This document shows positions 23,401 to 36,999 of a DNA stretch of 64,000 bases, piece by piece. Below the pieces are notes generated by a model. It searched no databases, was not told the origin of the DNA, and worked only from the letters and a program-made list of their open reading frames with translations. The DNA comes from Phyllobates terribilis. Lineage: Eukaryota. Positions within the stretch are counted from its first letter, which is position 1. Each line of letters starts with the position of its first letter. The stretch spans positions 236,220,001-236,284,000 of the forward strand of contig NW_027362773.1 of the NCBI RefSeq assembly GCF_046119375.1. Direction: 5' to 3'. Both the position numbers and the translations under genes were made by a program.

Positions 23401-24182
23401 TCCACCTCCTCTGCTGACCTCATCTCTTGGCTGACTGTGGGTTGACAGTAATTGGGATCTCCAACCTCATCATCATCACCCTGTGCGTTATCACACCCGT
23501 CGTCCTCAGAGCCAACCTGTTCCTGCCCTGACAAAAAACTAAAGTTGTCGCTCCAATCAGGTATTTGAGTCTTATCATCGTCTTCCTCATTGTCTCCACC
23601 AACAGGAGTTACAGTTTGGGAATGAGGGTCTACATTATGGTCAGAACCTTCTGCGTCTGGTCCTGGATCCGACTCATAAAGATTCTGGGCATCAGTGCAG
23701 ATCATTTCCTCGTCTGGATTCACAGAAGCGCTGGAGTCGACCTCTGATTCCCAGGCTATAGTATGAGTAAACAGCTCTGCAGACTCAACCATCTGTTCTA
23801 CCTCATACTCAGATGGGCAGCTGGAGATTTGGGAGCTGTGAGGAAGCAAGTGCGATTGGGGTGACACCTTTGAGGACTGGAGTATTTGTGATGTTGAAGT
23901 TGATGTGGAGGAGAGCCCACTTAAAGGAGCACTTGATATCCGTTGAAGCACCTGCTGTTTTTGTGCCTCATCTGGAATTTGTAGCGATTGGCGTGGCCGT
24001 AAGAAAGGGATCTTATCACATTGTCCGCTAAAAGAAGTAGACATTTTAGTTTGGCTGGAAGATGGTCTTTCTTCTGCAGATGTTACTGTTGCTTTAACAC
24101 CTACCCCACGGACACAACCTTTTTTCCCCTTCCCAACACGCCTATTCCCCTTTCCACCAGCAGCAGGCCTTTTTCCACTCAT
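20482..24182 (-). pseudogene. hAT family B transposase (BED zinc finger, DDE, dimerisation domain), left copy
   Basis: W.FF...CNIC...H-x4-H; HFTTDTWTS; AVCDNAAN; CMAH; RWNST; SERVFS. Lesions: 1-nt deletion ~23025, TGA at 21865-21867, TAA at 20734-20736. Confidence 0.95.
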
Positions 24183-24289
24183 TTTGGTGGTTAACTAATT
24201 AACAACTCTGGAGTTGTTTGCACAAAAAAACAATGGATGGGAACCGAGCAGAGCTGAGTGGCCAAACTGTGGTATTAGGCCAAAACTAT

Positions 24290-25099
24290 TGGCTGGGTTA
24301 GATGCAGAAAAAAATTATATTCAATTTGCAACCTGATGGAGGTCAGTATAGATGGACTAATAGAGAAAGTCCCACACACTGCTAGAAGGCCAAATATTTT
24401 TTCAGAGCTAGATGCAGATAAAAATTATTTTTAATTTGCAACCTGATGGAGGTCAGTATAGATGGACTAATAGAGAAAGTCCCACACACTGCTAGAAGGC
24501 CAAATATTTTTTCAGAGGTAGATGCAGAAAAAAATATATTCAGTTTGCAACCTGATGGAGGTCTGTATAGATGGATTAATAGAACAAGTCCCACACACTG
24601 CTAGAAGCCCAATATTTTTTCAGAGGTAGATGCAGAAAAAAATATATTCAGTTTGCAACCTGATGGAGGTCAGTATAGATGGACTAATACAACAAGTCCC
24701 ACACACAGCTAGAAGCCCAATATTTTTTCAGAGGTAGATGCAGAAAAAAATATATTCAGTTTGCAACCTGATGAAGGTCTGTATAGATGGATTAATAGAA
24801 CAAGTCCCACACACAGCTAGAAGCCCAATATTTTTTCAGAGGTAGATGCAGAAAAAAATATATTCAGTTTGCAACCTGATGGAGGTCAGTATAGATGGAC
24901 TAATACAACAAGTCCCACACACAGCTAGAAGCCCAATATTTTTTCAGAGGTAGATGCAGAAAAAAATATATTCAGTTTGCAACCTGATGGAGGTCTGTAT
25001 AGATGGATTAATAGAACAAGTCCCACACACAGCTAGAAGCCCAATATTTTTTCAGAGGTAGATGCAGAAAAAAATATATTCAGTTTGCAACCTGATGGA
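24290..25099. repeat. ~110-bp tandem array upstream of the family B ATG (~7 copies, truncated)
   Basis: GTCCCACACA..GCTAGAAG.CC recurs every 109-110 bp. Confidence 0.95.
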
Positions 25100-25688
25100 A
25101 ATAAAAAAGTTAAAAATAAGAAAAACCTGTATACTCACCTGTCCGGTCTGCTCCCGGCGGTGTCCTCTCTCCTTGGTGTCCCGCGGTATACTTGCAGGAC
25201 CTGCGGTGACGTCAGTTAGTCAGATGATGGTCACGCGACTGCTGACGTCAGCGGTCAGGTGATGGTCGCGTGACCATCAGCTGACTAAATGACGTCACTG
25301 CAGGTCCTGTAAGTACACCGTGGGATGCTGAGGAGAGAAGATTGCCTCCGGGAGGAGACTGGAGAGGTGAGTATACAGGTTTTTTTTATTTTTAACGTTT
25401 TAATTCCTTTCTTTACTATTGATGCTGCATTTTAAAGCGGCATAAGTTGGTCACACAATATAAATCCATGCCAGTTGCATGGATTTATATTGTGTGACCA
25501 ACTTGTCAAGCACTTTCCAAGTGATTCTCAAAATTGCTTGGAAAAGTGCTTGAAAAAACGCATGCGAAAACACATGTAAAAACGCTTCTCTCTGGCAGAA
25601 AAAATGCATGTAAATTTGCATGCATTTTTTTCTGCCAGAGAGACGCAAAAACGCACTGCATCAAATTTGCTACGTGGGCACATAGCCT
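25100..25688. mobile_element. Left-truncated palindromic MITE with a PIF/Harbinger-like right end
   Basis: Ends ACGTGGGCACATAGCC followed by TAA. Internal palindrome ~25097-25408 and a perfect 28-bp stem at 25444-25504. Confidence 0.6.
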
Positions 25689-26529
25689 AAAAATCAGGAT
25701 TGGCCAGTCAACCATTAAGATGCTGTGGTTAATATTGACTGTGGCATGGAAGTGGACCTATAGGAAGAATGGGCACCTCCTGACACTCCATGACCTCCAC
25801 GCTCAACACAACATGAGTGAGGACTGTTGATGGGTTATCTTTGCAGAGACCTAACAGTGGTCTCCAAGCCAGAAAAGTATATATTCCTTACATTTTTTTC
25901 CAGAAGTACTGCAGTGTATATCATAGGCAGCTAGCAGATCATGTGCTCAAGTTTTTTAAACTTAATAAATATTATAAGAATGCGTTATGCAGCTAACTTG
26001 GGCCAGTTTTCATAGTACTGAGATTTAGTAAACTATTCTGGTCATTTTTATTCCTCAGAACATTCCTTTAAAAAAAAAAAAAAATTGAGATTTTTCTGCA
26101 ATGCTAAATTTGGGATGTATTTGGGAATACATTTGCTCATGTAACATTTTTAAAAAGGAAATATTAAATAACGCAAAACATGATATGTGTAGATATTAAA
26201 TATAATCACATTGTTCAGATAAGATTGGAGTATATATTTTGACATATGACAGAATTGATAGATTTCCAGCTGGACATACTGTCATAATCCAGTCATTCAA
26301 TCTGATTTATTATTTGCTCTAAAGAGCTTGGACATGTGTTGGCTTATTGATCTAACGTAGAAGTAATCCAAAGGTATTGACTTTGCAGAAACTCAGAAAA
26401 GGTCAGTCCAGTAATGATTATATTGTAATTTGTTTTGGTACATATATCGTAAATGTGTGTGATTATAAAAATATTATGTAAATCTTATGACATGATATGA
26501 TTAAATGGTTACTAAATTACTATACTTAT

Positions 26530-26800
26530 CAATTTAACAACAACATTTAATATAATAAACATTAATAAAATTAAAGAAAATAATACAAATCATTATGAAT
26601 AATAAAAATAATACTAGCAATATCAGTAGTAGTAGTAGTAGTAGTAGTAATAATTTCTTATAATTCTGGTTGATAATAACAACAATATAAACAATAATAC
26701 AAAATATTAAAAAAACTAAAATTATTATAAAAAATATTAATACTATTAATATTATCAATATTTTTATTAGATCTAATTTTTTACATAAATAACAGTAATA
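26530..26800. repeat. AT-rich low-complexity tract with (AAT)n/(AGT)n microsatellite
   Basis: AGTAGTAGTAGTAGTAGTAGTAATAA and degenerate AAT runs. Confidence 0.85.
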
Positions 26801-27442
26801 ATGTTAATAATTTCATTGTTTCATATTTTTTTTCCCTTAATTTTGCGGGTTGATTTTGGATATTAACCCCTAAGTGACCAAACCAAATTCTTTAAATCTG
26901 ACATATGTCTCTTTATGTGGTAAAACCACATAAACCAACATTCAGTTTCAACATATCCCAGGGATTCTGATTGGTTCTTCTTGATACATTTTATATTTTG
27001 TTAGAGGTGTATTTAGTTCAAATTTTTGATGCGCTTATTTATAAAAGTATTGGAAATTTAACAAAATTTGACAAAAATGTAGAAAAATGTACAATTTTCA
27101 AACTTTAAGTGTTTATATCCTTGAACCCTTCCAAATGTTATTAAATAAAATGCACTTTTGGTCAATTTTTCTTAAGCATCATCTTTTAATTAACTTTTTA
27201 TTATGTTGCGACGTTAGAATGTCTAAAAGTTTAGCAACAATTTTTCATTTTTTTAAATGAAACTTACAAATTTATACTTATACAGTTATCTTATCCCATT
27301 CACTTTGAAAGTGACTTTCAGGGGCCTACTTATTGGTCAACCCTCAAATTCATATCATTTTAAAATTTGCAATCCTCGCACATGATTCACTGGAATAAAT
27401 GTAAGATAGAATTAAAAATTCTATTTTTTAAAATGCTGTTAA

Positions 27443-27769
27443 CATCTTAATAGGTCATCACAGCTGGCACACCCTCCATCCATTACGTGGCCTCAGGTTT
27501 TCGTGGCAATTATGAAGACCACACAATGCTGATCCAGGAGTACAAATGGCATGAAGAGAGAGCACCCTCCATTTAAATTTCAGTGCTTTTATTTCCAGCA
27601 GCTTATTGTGGGTTAAATGGCCATGATTGGTGATGCCATTAAACGTGGCCAATGCAGCAAGGTGTTAGCTATATTATAAGGTTGACACCGTCTGCATTTT
27701 CACCTGTTGTAAGATGCTATCCTCCTATTTCTCAGGCCAGTATTAGGTGCATTTATGGTCATTAAGAGG
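27443..27769. mobile_element. Old TTAA-flanked MITE (piggyBac-like)
   Basis: TTAA|CATCTTAAT ... ATTAAGAGG|TTAA (27439-27442 and 27770-27773). Confidence 0.55.
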
Positions 27770-29749
27770 TTAATATTATGTATTATTTTCTTTTATTATT
27801 ACTATTACTATGTGTTATTATTTATCTTTATTTATATGCAATATTTTTTTAGATATTCATTTTTTTACTATTATAAGAATGTTTTTTCAAGTTACGCATT
27901 TATTCTTATTGCCTAAAAGATTAGCAATTCTTTTGAAATCCAAATTCACCGGCTACGCCAAATATTTAACAAAACTTTACTTCTCCTCATTTTGAAAGTA
28001 TTCTAAAGTCTTCTTATAGCCTAAAAAGACCTCTGAGGTTTCCTAGATTCTATCCAAACCCTTCAAGCTCTTTAATGTAAACATAGTTTTAGTGATGCCA
28101 AAGTCTTCAACATATATAGCTATGGCTATCCAAGTCAAGCCAAATTAACACTACAACAGATTTCTATGTTCCCATTCTTGGGCAGGGTCACAGTCATGAT
28201 TAGAGTCTTACTGGAGGTATTCACAATAGTCAAGACACAAAATATCCTTATCTTTGCAAAAAACGAGGATAATAATAATCATAGAAGCCATGAATTATAT
28301 AGAAAAAAAATTGCCTTTACGGTGCAATCTTGATCCGGAGACTAACAGGGAAATTCACGCCAGTCAATTCCAAAAAACTACTAGAACCTCATTCATTATT
28401 GCATTTGTGCTGTTTCCGGTATTTTTCACCTGTTTTTCATTTGACCATATTCTTCTTTTAATTTATACATTTATTACGGTAAACTTTATGTCTTCACCTG
28501 TTTTTTTTTCATACTTGAGATGGTGTGGATTGTTTGTGGATTGCAGCTGTTTTGAGGTTATTCATCAATTGTAACTTTTCAGAGTGATTTTGCTTCCGCC
28601 CAAATGTTTTAAAACATTTTGCAAAAATCATAGAGGAACAGGCGACTGTCACAGAAGCTACAAAAAGGTAAAAGCCAAAAATAAAGAGCATTTTTGATTT
28701 TGTGCATAATTCTTGAACTATGTGTGCCATTTTGAAAAATTTGGCACAAAAAACTTCAATAAATAATACAGGATAAAACAATGTGAATTAAAAAAAAGGC
28801 AAATTATGAATGGAGTTCCAAATATTAACTTAAAATTAGGCTAATGATGATTAAAAAATAATGGTCAGGGTAGGTTTGTTTTTTTTTAGCACCAAATTTT
28901 TGCCTTTTCTGTTCAGTTCTGTACAGTTACTCAATCCTGTGCAAGGGCAAGCCTTGGAAATTTACACCAGTTAGTGGCAATGAGTTACTCATTTTCCCAA
29001 AAATAATGATGAAGGTAAAAAAAAAACAGTAATCGTGGAAGCTATGAATTATGAATAAGTTTTAAACAAGTGTAAGCCTTTTGTGCTCAATCATGCATAA
29101 GGGTTTAATTCTGTGTTTGAGCCCACAGGGGAAATTCACACCAGTTAAAGTATAAAGAAATATTTTTTTTTCACCAAAAATTAAGATGATCATAATAATA
29201 ATACCATAATCATTGGAGCCTTTAAATTTTTTTAATGAAAAATGTAACCTTTTCTGCCCAGTCCTGTACTTGGGTGTAACTGTGGGAATTCGCATCCATC
29301 AACGCACAAAAAAAAGAATAATTTTTGCAAAAAATGAGCATGATAGTAATGGAATTAATTATAGAAGTAATGATTTATTTGTAAGGCTCTGACAAAGCAA
29401 TTTTTTATAGCATTGCAAACATATACTTAATAGTATGAAATCTTCTTGCCAACCATAGCCCAAAGAGAACCCCAAAATGGTTTTAATGATATTTGTAAAA
29501 AAAATGTGAAGTAGCAGGGGTAAACCCATACACTACAACCTATGAAAAAGCTATAGGGAGCATCATAGGGCCCCAGCAGATGCAGGGTAAATTTGGAAGT
29601 TGCTGTTCTTCGTCCATGCCTTATTGCATCCTTGTCAGCATTTTGTTTCCAAAATAATTAAAAGGGGAATGAAAACTTTGATGCTACATTTGTCCATACA
29701 AACAAGTTTTGCAGCCTGTTGAAGGGCCTCAATAAACAACACTTGTCCC

Positions 29750-30400
29750 TCCTCAACTGCCAATCTCAAAGTAACACAAACTCCAATTTCTCTGTTACAT
29801 TATTTAATTATTTACCTCACTGTCTAATGTTATTCATATAGATGTTCCAACATATGTAGAGTTGAATTCTATCCCATTGTAATGTCGCAAATCAGTTGGG
29901 AATCAGTCATTTCACTCTGTTGCTGCAAATACTGGAGGCCATTTTCCCTACATAACCATGGTTGAAGTGTCCATAGAAACTACTAATCATGAGCATGACC
30001 TTATTTTAGTAGGTATATTTGTTTAAAAATGTTGCACAATCAAATTGAGGATGTCCACCATGCAGCAAGCATGTGTTACTTTGACCAAAAGAATTGCAGT
30101 CCTGATGTTTCAGGTATTGTCACTTACTAAGTTGTCCAGCTATAGTTGATGAGGAGCTATCTAGTGTGACAATTGATACAATGTTCTGTCCTTTTTCTCT
30201 TGAGGGATGAGAAGATGTCCATTGAGGAGGATGTGGAGAAGTTAAAGTAGGTGCACCATCTGAAGTGGAGGTGTTTCCAGTCACCTTCTGGCCTGCTAGT
30301 AGTAGTACTTCACTGCTGTTCAAACCATTGGTTCTGTTGGCCATGTAAGATCAACCATCGCTGGTAGTAAATGCTGCTGTTGATGGTTATTTGCTCTTTG
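29750..30400 (-). pseudogene. Fossil hAT transposase (approximate limits)
   Basis: Manual translation gives LVSDNT*NIRTAILLVKVTHACCMVDILNLIVQHF (~30025-30130) and LICDITMG*NSTLHMLEHLY (~29830-29900), matching the DN, CxxH and RWNST blocks. Confidence 0.75.
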
Positions 30401-30719
30401 CAGCACAAAGACAATTCTAAATAGAGGCCCATAGTCTTTGATACAAAAGAAATCAAAGCAGGGACAATTTTTCTCAATAAATAATAGCAGGTAGATTTTC
30501 TTCATCAAGGTTGAGCACACAACATCATTTTGCAAAAGGAAGTATAATTGCCACAGTATGGCATCGACTGGTGCACTGGGACATGTGTGAGTTGAGTGAG
30601 CTTCCACATGAACGGATGACTGGATGCATATTGATGTAACTTGGACACATATATTAATAAATTATAGTGAAACTGAGGAAGAGAAGAAAGAGTACAGAAA
30701 GCAGGAGATTATTGTAGGA

Positions 30720-31290
30720 TGTCCCACAAAGCCCCCCACACAGTATGATGTCACCCTGAACAATATGATATCCTCACAACTTCAGACAGAGTATAATGTT
30801 CCTACACAGCTCATCAAACACTATGATATTCCCTCAAATATTATGATGTCCCCATACATCCCAGCAAACAGTATGGTGTCCCAACAAAACCCCCTTTATG
30901 CAGTATGATTTACTCATAAAGCCCATCTACACAATATGATGTCTCCAAACAGCCCCCCATACAGTATGATGTCTCCTAAAAGTTCCCCATGGAGTATGAT
31001 GTCCTTGCAATGCCACTCCACATAGTATGATGTTCCAACAAAGTCCTTTATGCAAGGTGATGTCCCAACAAAGCCCTTTATGCAGTATGAAGTCACCACA
31101 TATCCCTGCACACAGTTTGGTGTCACCACACGGTCCCTCATGCAGCATGATGTCCCCTATACAGCCTCTCAAGAATTATAATGCCCCTCATAGTCACCCT
31201 ACACAGTATGATGTCCATACAAAGCTCCCCAACACAGATACCCATCCAGTCCTAGTATGATGTGTTCACACAGCATAATGTCCCAAAGTT
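30720..31290. repeat. Degenerate ~30-bp minisatellite
   Basis: Recurrent CAGTATGATGTC(C) core on both strands. Confidence 0.75.
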
Positions 31291-33941
31291 TCCCACAAGT
31301 CCTGACAATTTAAAAGATATAAAAAAAACTACTCACCTACTACCAACTAACCAGGTTCCCTTGCAGCTCCAGTCTGTGTAGTATACTGTTGTTCGGCATA
31401 GCGGGCATAGTATACTGCCAGCATCCTATCTGCTTCACTCTCATCTCAGATGCAGAGGATCTATGGTTGAAAAGTGAGTTGACAGATATAAAGGTATATT
31501 AAAGGTGATATAGAGATGCCAGGCAGACAGCGGTCGCATAATGCAGGACGACACTATTTACAGCCATTTGGCTGTCCCAGTCCATGGGCTGGACAGGAAT
31601 GGTTGCATATTTCCCCTTGACTGTACTTTGCCCAGATCTACTCTACACAAAGGTCCATATGATATAGTGTAAAATTGGAATACTTAATGTATAAACTCAT
31701 TGTACAGTCAAGTGGGCTGTAATTTGTTGAATAATTTTTTTACCATGTATGAAAAATTATTTTATAGTGTCAGTTTTCTTAAACTGAGATAATAGGCATC
31801 AAAATAATAGCTGAAAATTAACAATATTTTGTATAAGGGAAAAGAGACCTCTTTAAGCAAATGTTGATCTATTCCTATTTTAAAATGTTTAATAGATTAA
31901 CCTTACCTCCACACACAACCACCTATTTTTCACCTACCAAATTCCAAGAGCTTTAAATTTTTTATTTTTCCATTGATGTAGCCATATTTGAGCTTGTTTT
32001 TGAGGCATAAGCTGTACAATAAAGGGGGGTTACATTGCTGATTAGCTTTTATACAGTGGAGGTATGCAAAGAAATAACAGCAATTCCAAAAATTTGTAGG
32101 AAAAGGTTGTTGTTTTGGATTACAGTAAGTACTCCTTGAACCCATAGAAGTGCGGTGTGTGCAAAATGGCCGTCATCTGATGATGTGTACCGCTTACCCT
32201 CTGCCATTGAATTTTAAATGGGCAGGATTAAAGGATGATTTTATACGGGTCAGTGATCTTTTCTTTTTTTTTCTTTTTTTCTTCATTGAATTGAAAATTA
32301 AGTAAATGCCTTTTCTATTTCTTTACTCTTTCTCAATAAAAAAAACTTAAAAAAATCATATCCTTACTTATTAATTTTTCTTCAATAGAGCTGTTTTGTG
32401 GCTTGTTTTCTGTAGAATGAGCTGACTTTTTATTGGTATTCTTGGATTCATATGACTTTTGCTTTATATTTCATTGTTTATGAGATTTAATGAACAAAAA
32501 ACACCAAATCTGCCATTGCATTTTATTTATTTATTTTACCCATATTGTATGAGCTAAAAAACTTAATCAATTTATATTGCGGGCCATTTGGGATGCAGAA
32601 GTGCAAATTCCTTTTTAATTTTTTTTTTTACAAAAGAAAGCTATTTTTTGTAGATAAAATAGTTTTTGCAGTGTTTGCAATGTTTTAAACTTTCTATACT
32701 TTTTATTAACTCTCACTTTGAGACTATAACGTGTTTGAGCCTGGCTGCCCATGTGATACACTAAAATACTTCGGTATTGTAGTAAATTGGGTCTGTGACT
32801 ATAAAACTGGTGGTCACCGTATTAAGCCATGCCTCTAGAAGGGGATAAACTGTACACAGATTTTAGACTTAAGGGCCATTGGTAAGCTCTTGGATGCTAT
32901 AGCCACCCTGTTGCCTCCCTGGGTGACTGTGAGAATAGTCTGGGAATGCTAACTTTGATCCCTCAGATGCAGCAGGACAGGGGCTCTGTTTTTTCCACTG
33001 ACCATGCTGGTGAACTGATGGCACATCCAGGATTAACCTGAGTTAAATGTACATCATGATGTGGGAAACAACATGACATGAAATGCATATTCATTTTATG
33101 TCTGGAGCAGGTTAAATATTTTTTCTTTTCTATTTTTCATGGATAGCGGGCACAAATATCTGCTTATTTTTATTTTTTTTCCTTCTCTGATTCTTAAGTT
33201 TTATGTTTGTTTTTCTTTTTTTATAGTAGATTGCTTTGTTGTCTATCACTTTGGGAAGTCAAGAGAGGTAATGCTTCAAGATCCATTAGCAAAAGATAGT
33301 CGGCACCGCCTTAGAAAGTGAAATAAAAGGAAAGGTGCACATTTTCTATGATTGCAATGTTCATGTAAACAAACATGTAAATTTATATTTCAATCATCTT
33401 TTAAAAAATAGTCCAGAGTTATTTGTTTTTTCATTGCTGCTTCTCTTAGCCACATTTTTTTAAATTGTAAATCATTTTTTTCTAGAATCTTTCAATTCTA
33501 CACAAAGTTTTATAACCTGCACAAAAAGCTTGTTGTGCAACTTTATATTACTTTTTACGATAAATAGTACACTAGGATACCTCATTTGATTAAAATTGAC
33601 AATGTAAATGGAGTATTACAGTTCCAACAAATCAAGATTAATCTTTGTAATTCGTTATCTTTAAAATCTTCTTGTTACTCTTCTTATACTATTAATACCG
33701 AAATAAATAAGTCTGATGATTTTTATTTACTCTATAAATTTGGCTGGGATGAGACATTGCAGTTGTATGATTAATAGATGAAGTACATCACTCTGATTCT
33801 GGACTATGAAAACTTGTGTTTATTTCAGGGAAATAAATAACAACAGTGTTTCGACCTTTAGGTCTTAATTATGGCAATTCACATTTTCTTACAAAAAAAA
33901 AACTTTTGTACACACTACATACTGCCCGATGGGTTGAAACC

Positions 33942-35420
33942 TGGGATGGGCAAATCTGAATGATAAAGTTCGGGGTCCGTACCAAACACCTAGTGTCTGT
34001 GCACGGATCTCGAACACAAACTTCTACAGGAAGTCTATGTTACTGTTAAGGTTCAGTAGCCTGAACAAAGTTTGTTGAAAGGCTGTTGCACAGCCAATCA
34101 ACAAGCTTTGCCAGTGTGGGCACTTCCATCTCAATAACAGCCATGACAAATATTAGCATGGCTATGATTGGCCGGGGCACAGAGTGTAAAAAAAAAAGAT
34201 GTGAGGTTTCCTCTCTTTTTGATAACCAGTGCAAGTAAAGCTGGCAGCTGCAGGCTGCTTTCCCCAGCCGTCACCTTTATATTGGCTGGTAATGAAAAAT
34301 AGAAAGGTCCCATGTCGTTTTTTTAAATTATTTAAATAAATAATAAAAAATATTGCCCCCCCATTTTTTACAACCAGCCAAGCTAAAGTGGACAGCAGGG
34401 GGCTGATATTCTCAGACTGGGAAGGGGCCATGGATATTGGCCCACCCCAGCCTAAAAATAGCAGCCTGCAGCCGCCCCAGAAATGACACATGTATTAGAT
34501 GTGTCAACTTTGGTGCTTTGTCCAGCTCTTCCCACTTACCCTGGTGCATTGGCAAGTGAGGTAATGTTTGTGTGGTTGATGTCAGCTTTGTAATGTCAGC
34601 TGACATCAAGTCAACAGGTTTTTAATGTAGAGGTGTCTACAAGACAACCCCGTTACTAACCCCAAAGTCAAATGTAATAAAAACACACACAGAGAAAAGT
34701 CCTTTAATTGAAATAAAAACAAACTCCTTTATTTGAAAGAAACACTCCGCACCCTCTTTCACCTATTTCTTACTGTAAAAAATACTGTATTAAAAATAAT
34801 AAAACACCATATCCCTCACCTGTCTGACGATAATCCATTTGTCCCACGATGTCCTCCAACTCTGCTCCATCTGGATTGCGTGGCTGAGTGGTGGCATAAT
34901 GCGGCTGCTCAGCCATGAATCCAGGAGACAGTGAGCTGAGCATGAGAGTGCAGCTTCAGTGACCTGTAGTAACATCATTAAGGTTACCACAGGTCACAAG
35001 TTGGGGTTCCCACAGGCAGCTCAGCGTGAGCAGGCCGATGAACTGCAATGACCTCAATGAGATCATCGCTAGCACTTTGAGAAATTTCTCACAGTGATAG
35101 TGGTGATCTCATTGAGGTCACCTCAGTTCATCGACCTGCTCACACTGAGATGCCCATGGAAAGGGCAGCTTTTGACCTCTGGTAACCTCAGTGACGTCAC
35201 TGCAGGTCACTGAAGGTGTGCTCTCTTGTTCAGCTCAGTGTCGCCATGGCTATGCAATCCAGATAAAGCAGAGCTGGCCTCATCATAGGACAAATGGATT
35301 GTCGTCGGACAGGTGAGGAATATGGTGTTTTATTGTTTTTAATTTTACAGTAATAAATGGGTAAAAGAGGTTGGGGAGTGTTGATTTCAATAAAGGCCTC
35401 TTTTCTGTGTGTTTTATTAA
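33942..35420. mobile_element. Old non-autonomous hAT-like element with a palindromic core (approximate limits)
   Basis: Degenerate left end TGGGATGGGCAAATCTGAA...AAAGTTCGGGG. 34340-34760 is homologous to 42460-42830. Inverted arms at ~34795-34850 and ~35285-35340. Confidence 0.6.
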
Positions 35421-35490
35421 ATTAAACCCTTAATGACCACCAATATGACTTAAAACTGACTTTTGATATAATAGACTAGCATCCTCTGAC

Positions 35491-36995
35491 TAGTGATGAG
35501 CAAATTTGCTCGACGAATGTTCTAAAGTTTCAAATTCAACACGAGTATGGCACAATCAGATTCGTAATCGGAAAGATGAGCAAAATTTCTTAAAATCGGA
35601 AATTGTTCGATGAATAAGCGCGGGAATGCAAATATGGGGCAACAACAGCGTTTTGAACAGTTTTGATAGCATAGTGCAAGTATATGTTGAGCGGGGAGAC
35701 ATGGTAGCTGAGTGTGGGGGCTGTGAGGAGTTCAGAACAGGTCAGATCTGTGGCGCGATTTTTTCTTTCCCGGTAGACTATAACTTCAAGTCAGGAAAGC
35801 GCGGCCAGCAAATCAGAGCGCCGGAAGCATCCACACATCCAGACAAAAGGGATTGTGCAATTGGCTGCTAAAATCACAAATCCTCTCCATTTAAAAACCG
35901 GCCATGTTCCCTCAGCGCCATTCTATCCATGTAACTGCTGGGGAGACAGACGCAGCTCAGTGTACTCCTCTGTAATGACAGATATTAGCTAACTAGATGG
36001 GCGCTTGTGTGGAAGTCAGATAGTGTAGAAAGTTCCTGGCCTGTGTACCTGTGCAATCGATGGTGCAGCACAATTTTTGTTTTCTTGTTCAAGTACTGAG
36101 ATTCATACAGAAAGAGAGGACCCATGCAATACAACAGTATTGTGCACCGCTTGTATTGAGCTCCATGCATGAGTATACCTTCAATCTATTCTTGCACTTG
36201 CTAAAGTGATCAAGCAAGCAAGAAAGCGTAGCCCACCTTTTCATTTTGTGGGGTTGAAATTCTGCTCTATGCAGAGTTTGCAGAGCTTCAGATTGCAGAG
36301 CACAAAACCTTTTTTTTCTGTTGCTAATGTGATAGTGCAAGCTGTGTTAGCCCAGTTTTTCCTTTTTTTGGCTGGGTGAAATGCAGCTGTACGCACAGTA
36401 AAGCTAATCTATTTTTTTGGTCCACAAAAGTTTTTTTAGTATGGCAAAGGTGATCCAGTCTGCTAAAAGCTAGATACTATTTTAGTGGCGTTGAACTTCA
36501 CCTGGTTTCAGAGTAAAAAAATACATTTTTCTCTTGCTAGGCACAGTCCAAAAAATATTTTTTCGTGTGACAAACGTGATACACTGTGCTATAAGCCAGC
36601 TACTACGTCAGTGGCGGTCAAATTCGGCTGTACGCAGAGCTTATGCAGAGTAACAAAAAAAAAATTTTTTGCTCTGAGTAACGTGATACAGCAGGCTAGA
36701 TCTAAGTTTGAAATATTTTGGAGCATATATTATATGTCATACTGGGCTGATCCACAGTAAAAAAAAAAAATCTTCTGTTCCTAATGTGATACAGTAGGGG
36801 ACATCTCAATTTGAAATAGTTGGGAGAATATCTCGTATGTTATACAGGCCTCATTCACATTAAAAAAAATACTTTCTTCTGTTCCTAACGTTATACAGCA
36901 GGGGACATCTCAGTTTGAAATTGTTCGTATCATATCTTTTATGATATACAGGCCTCATCCATAGTAAAATATACTTTCTTCTGTTACTAACGTGA
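35491..36995. mobile_element. Old hAT-like element, left end and degenerate ~110-bp repeats, truncated by the Penelope-like element
   Basis: TAGTGATGAGC at 35491. TCTGTTCCTAA.GT.ATACAG..GGGGACATCTCA repeats at ~36770-36990. Confidence 0.55.
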
Positions 36996-36999
36996 TAGC

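Larger units (their letters stand above)
7731..25099 (-). mobile_element. hAT family B composite element, left copy (3' TIR at 7731, 5' end truncated), with cargo and a nested Gmr1-like element
   Basis: TAGTGTTGAGCC at 7731 followed by GTTCG/CGAAC subterminal motifs; the same end closes the TSD-flanked element at 44668. Collinear inverted homologue of 53960-64000. Confidence 0.85.

Noticed and set aside
26534-26758. Hydrophobic, membrane-protein-like ORF
   Set aside because: Translation of an AT-rich microsatellite and low-complexity tract.
28150-29350. Loosely periodic AT-rich region (recurrent GAAATTCACACCAG-like motif)
   Set aside because: Probably old internal repeats of a non-autonomous element, but period and boundaries could not be fixed by eye.
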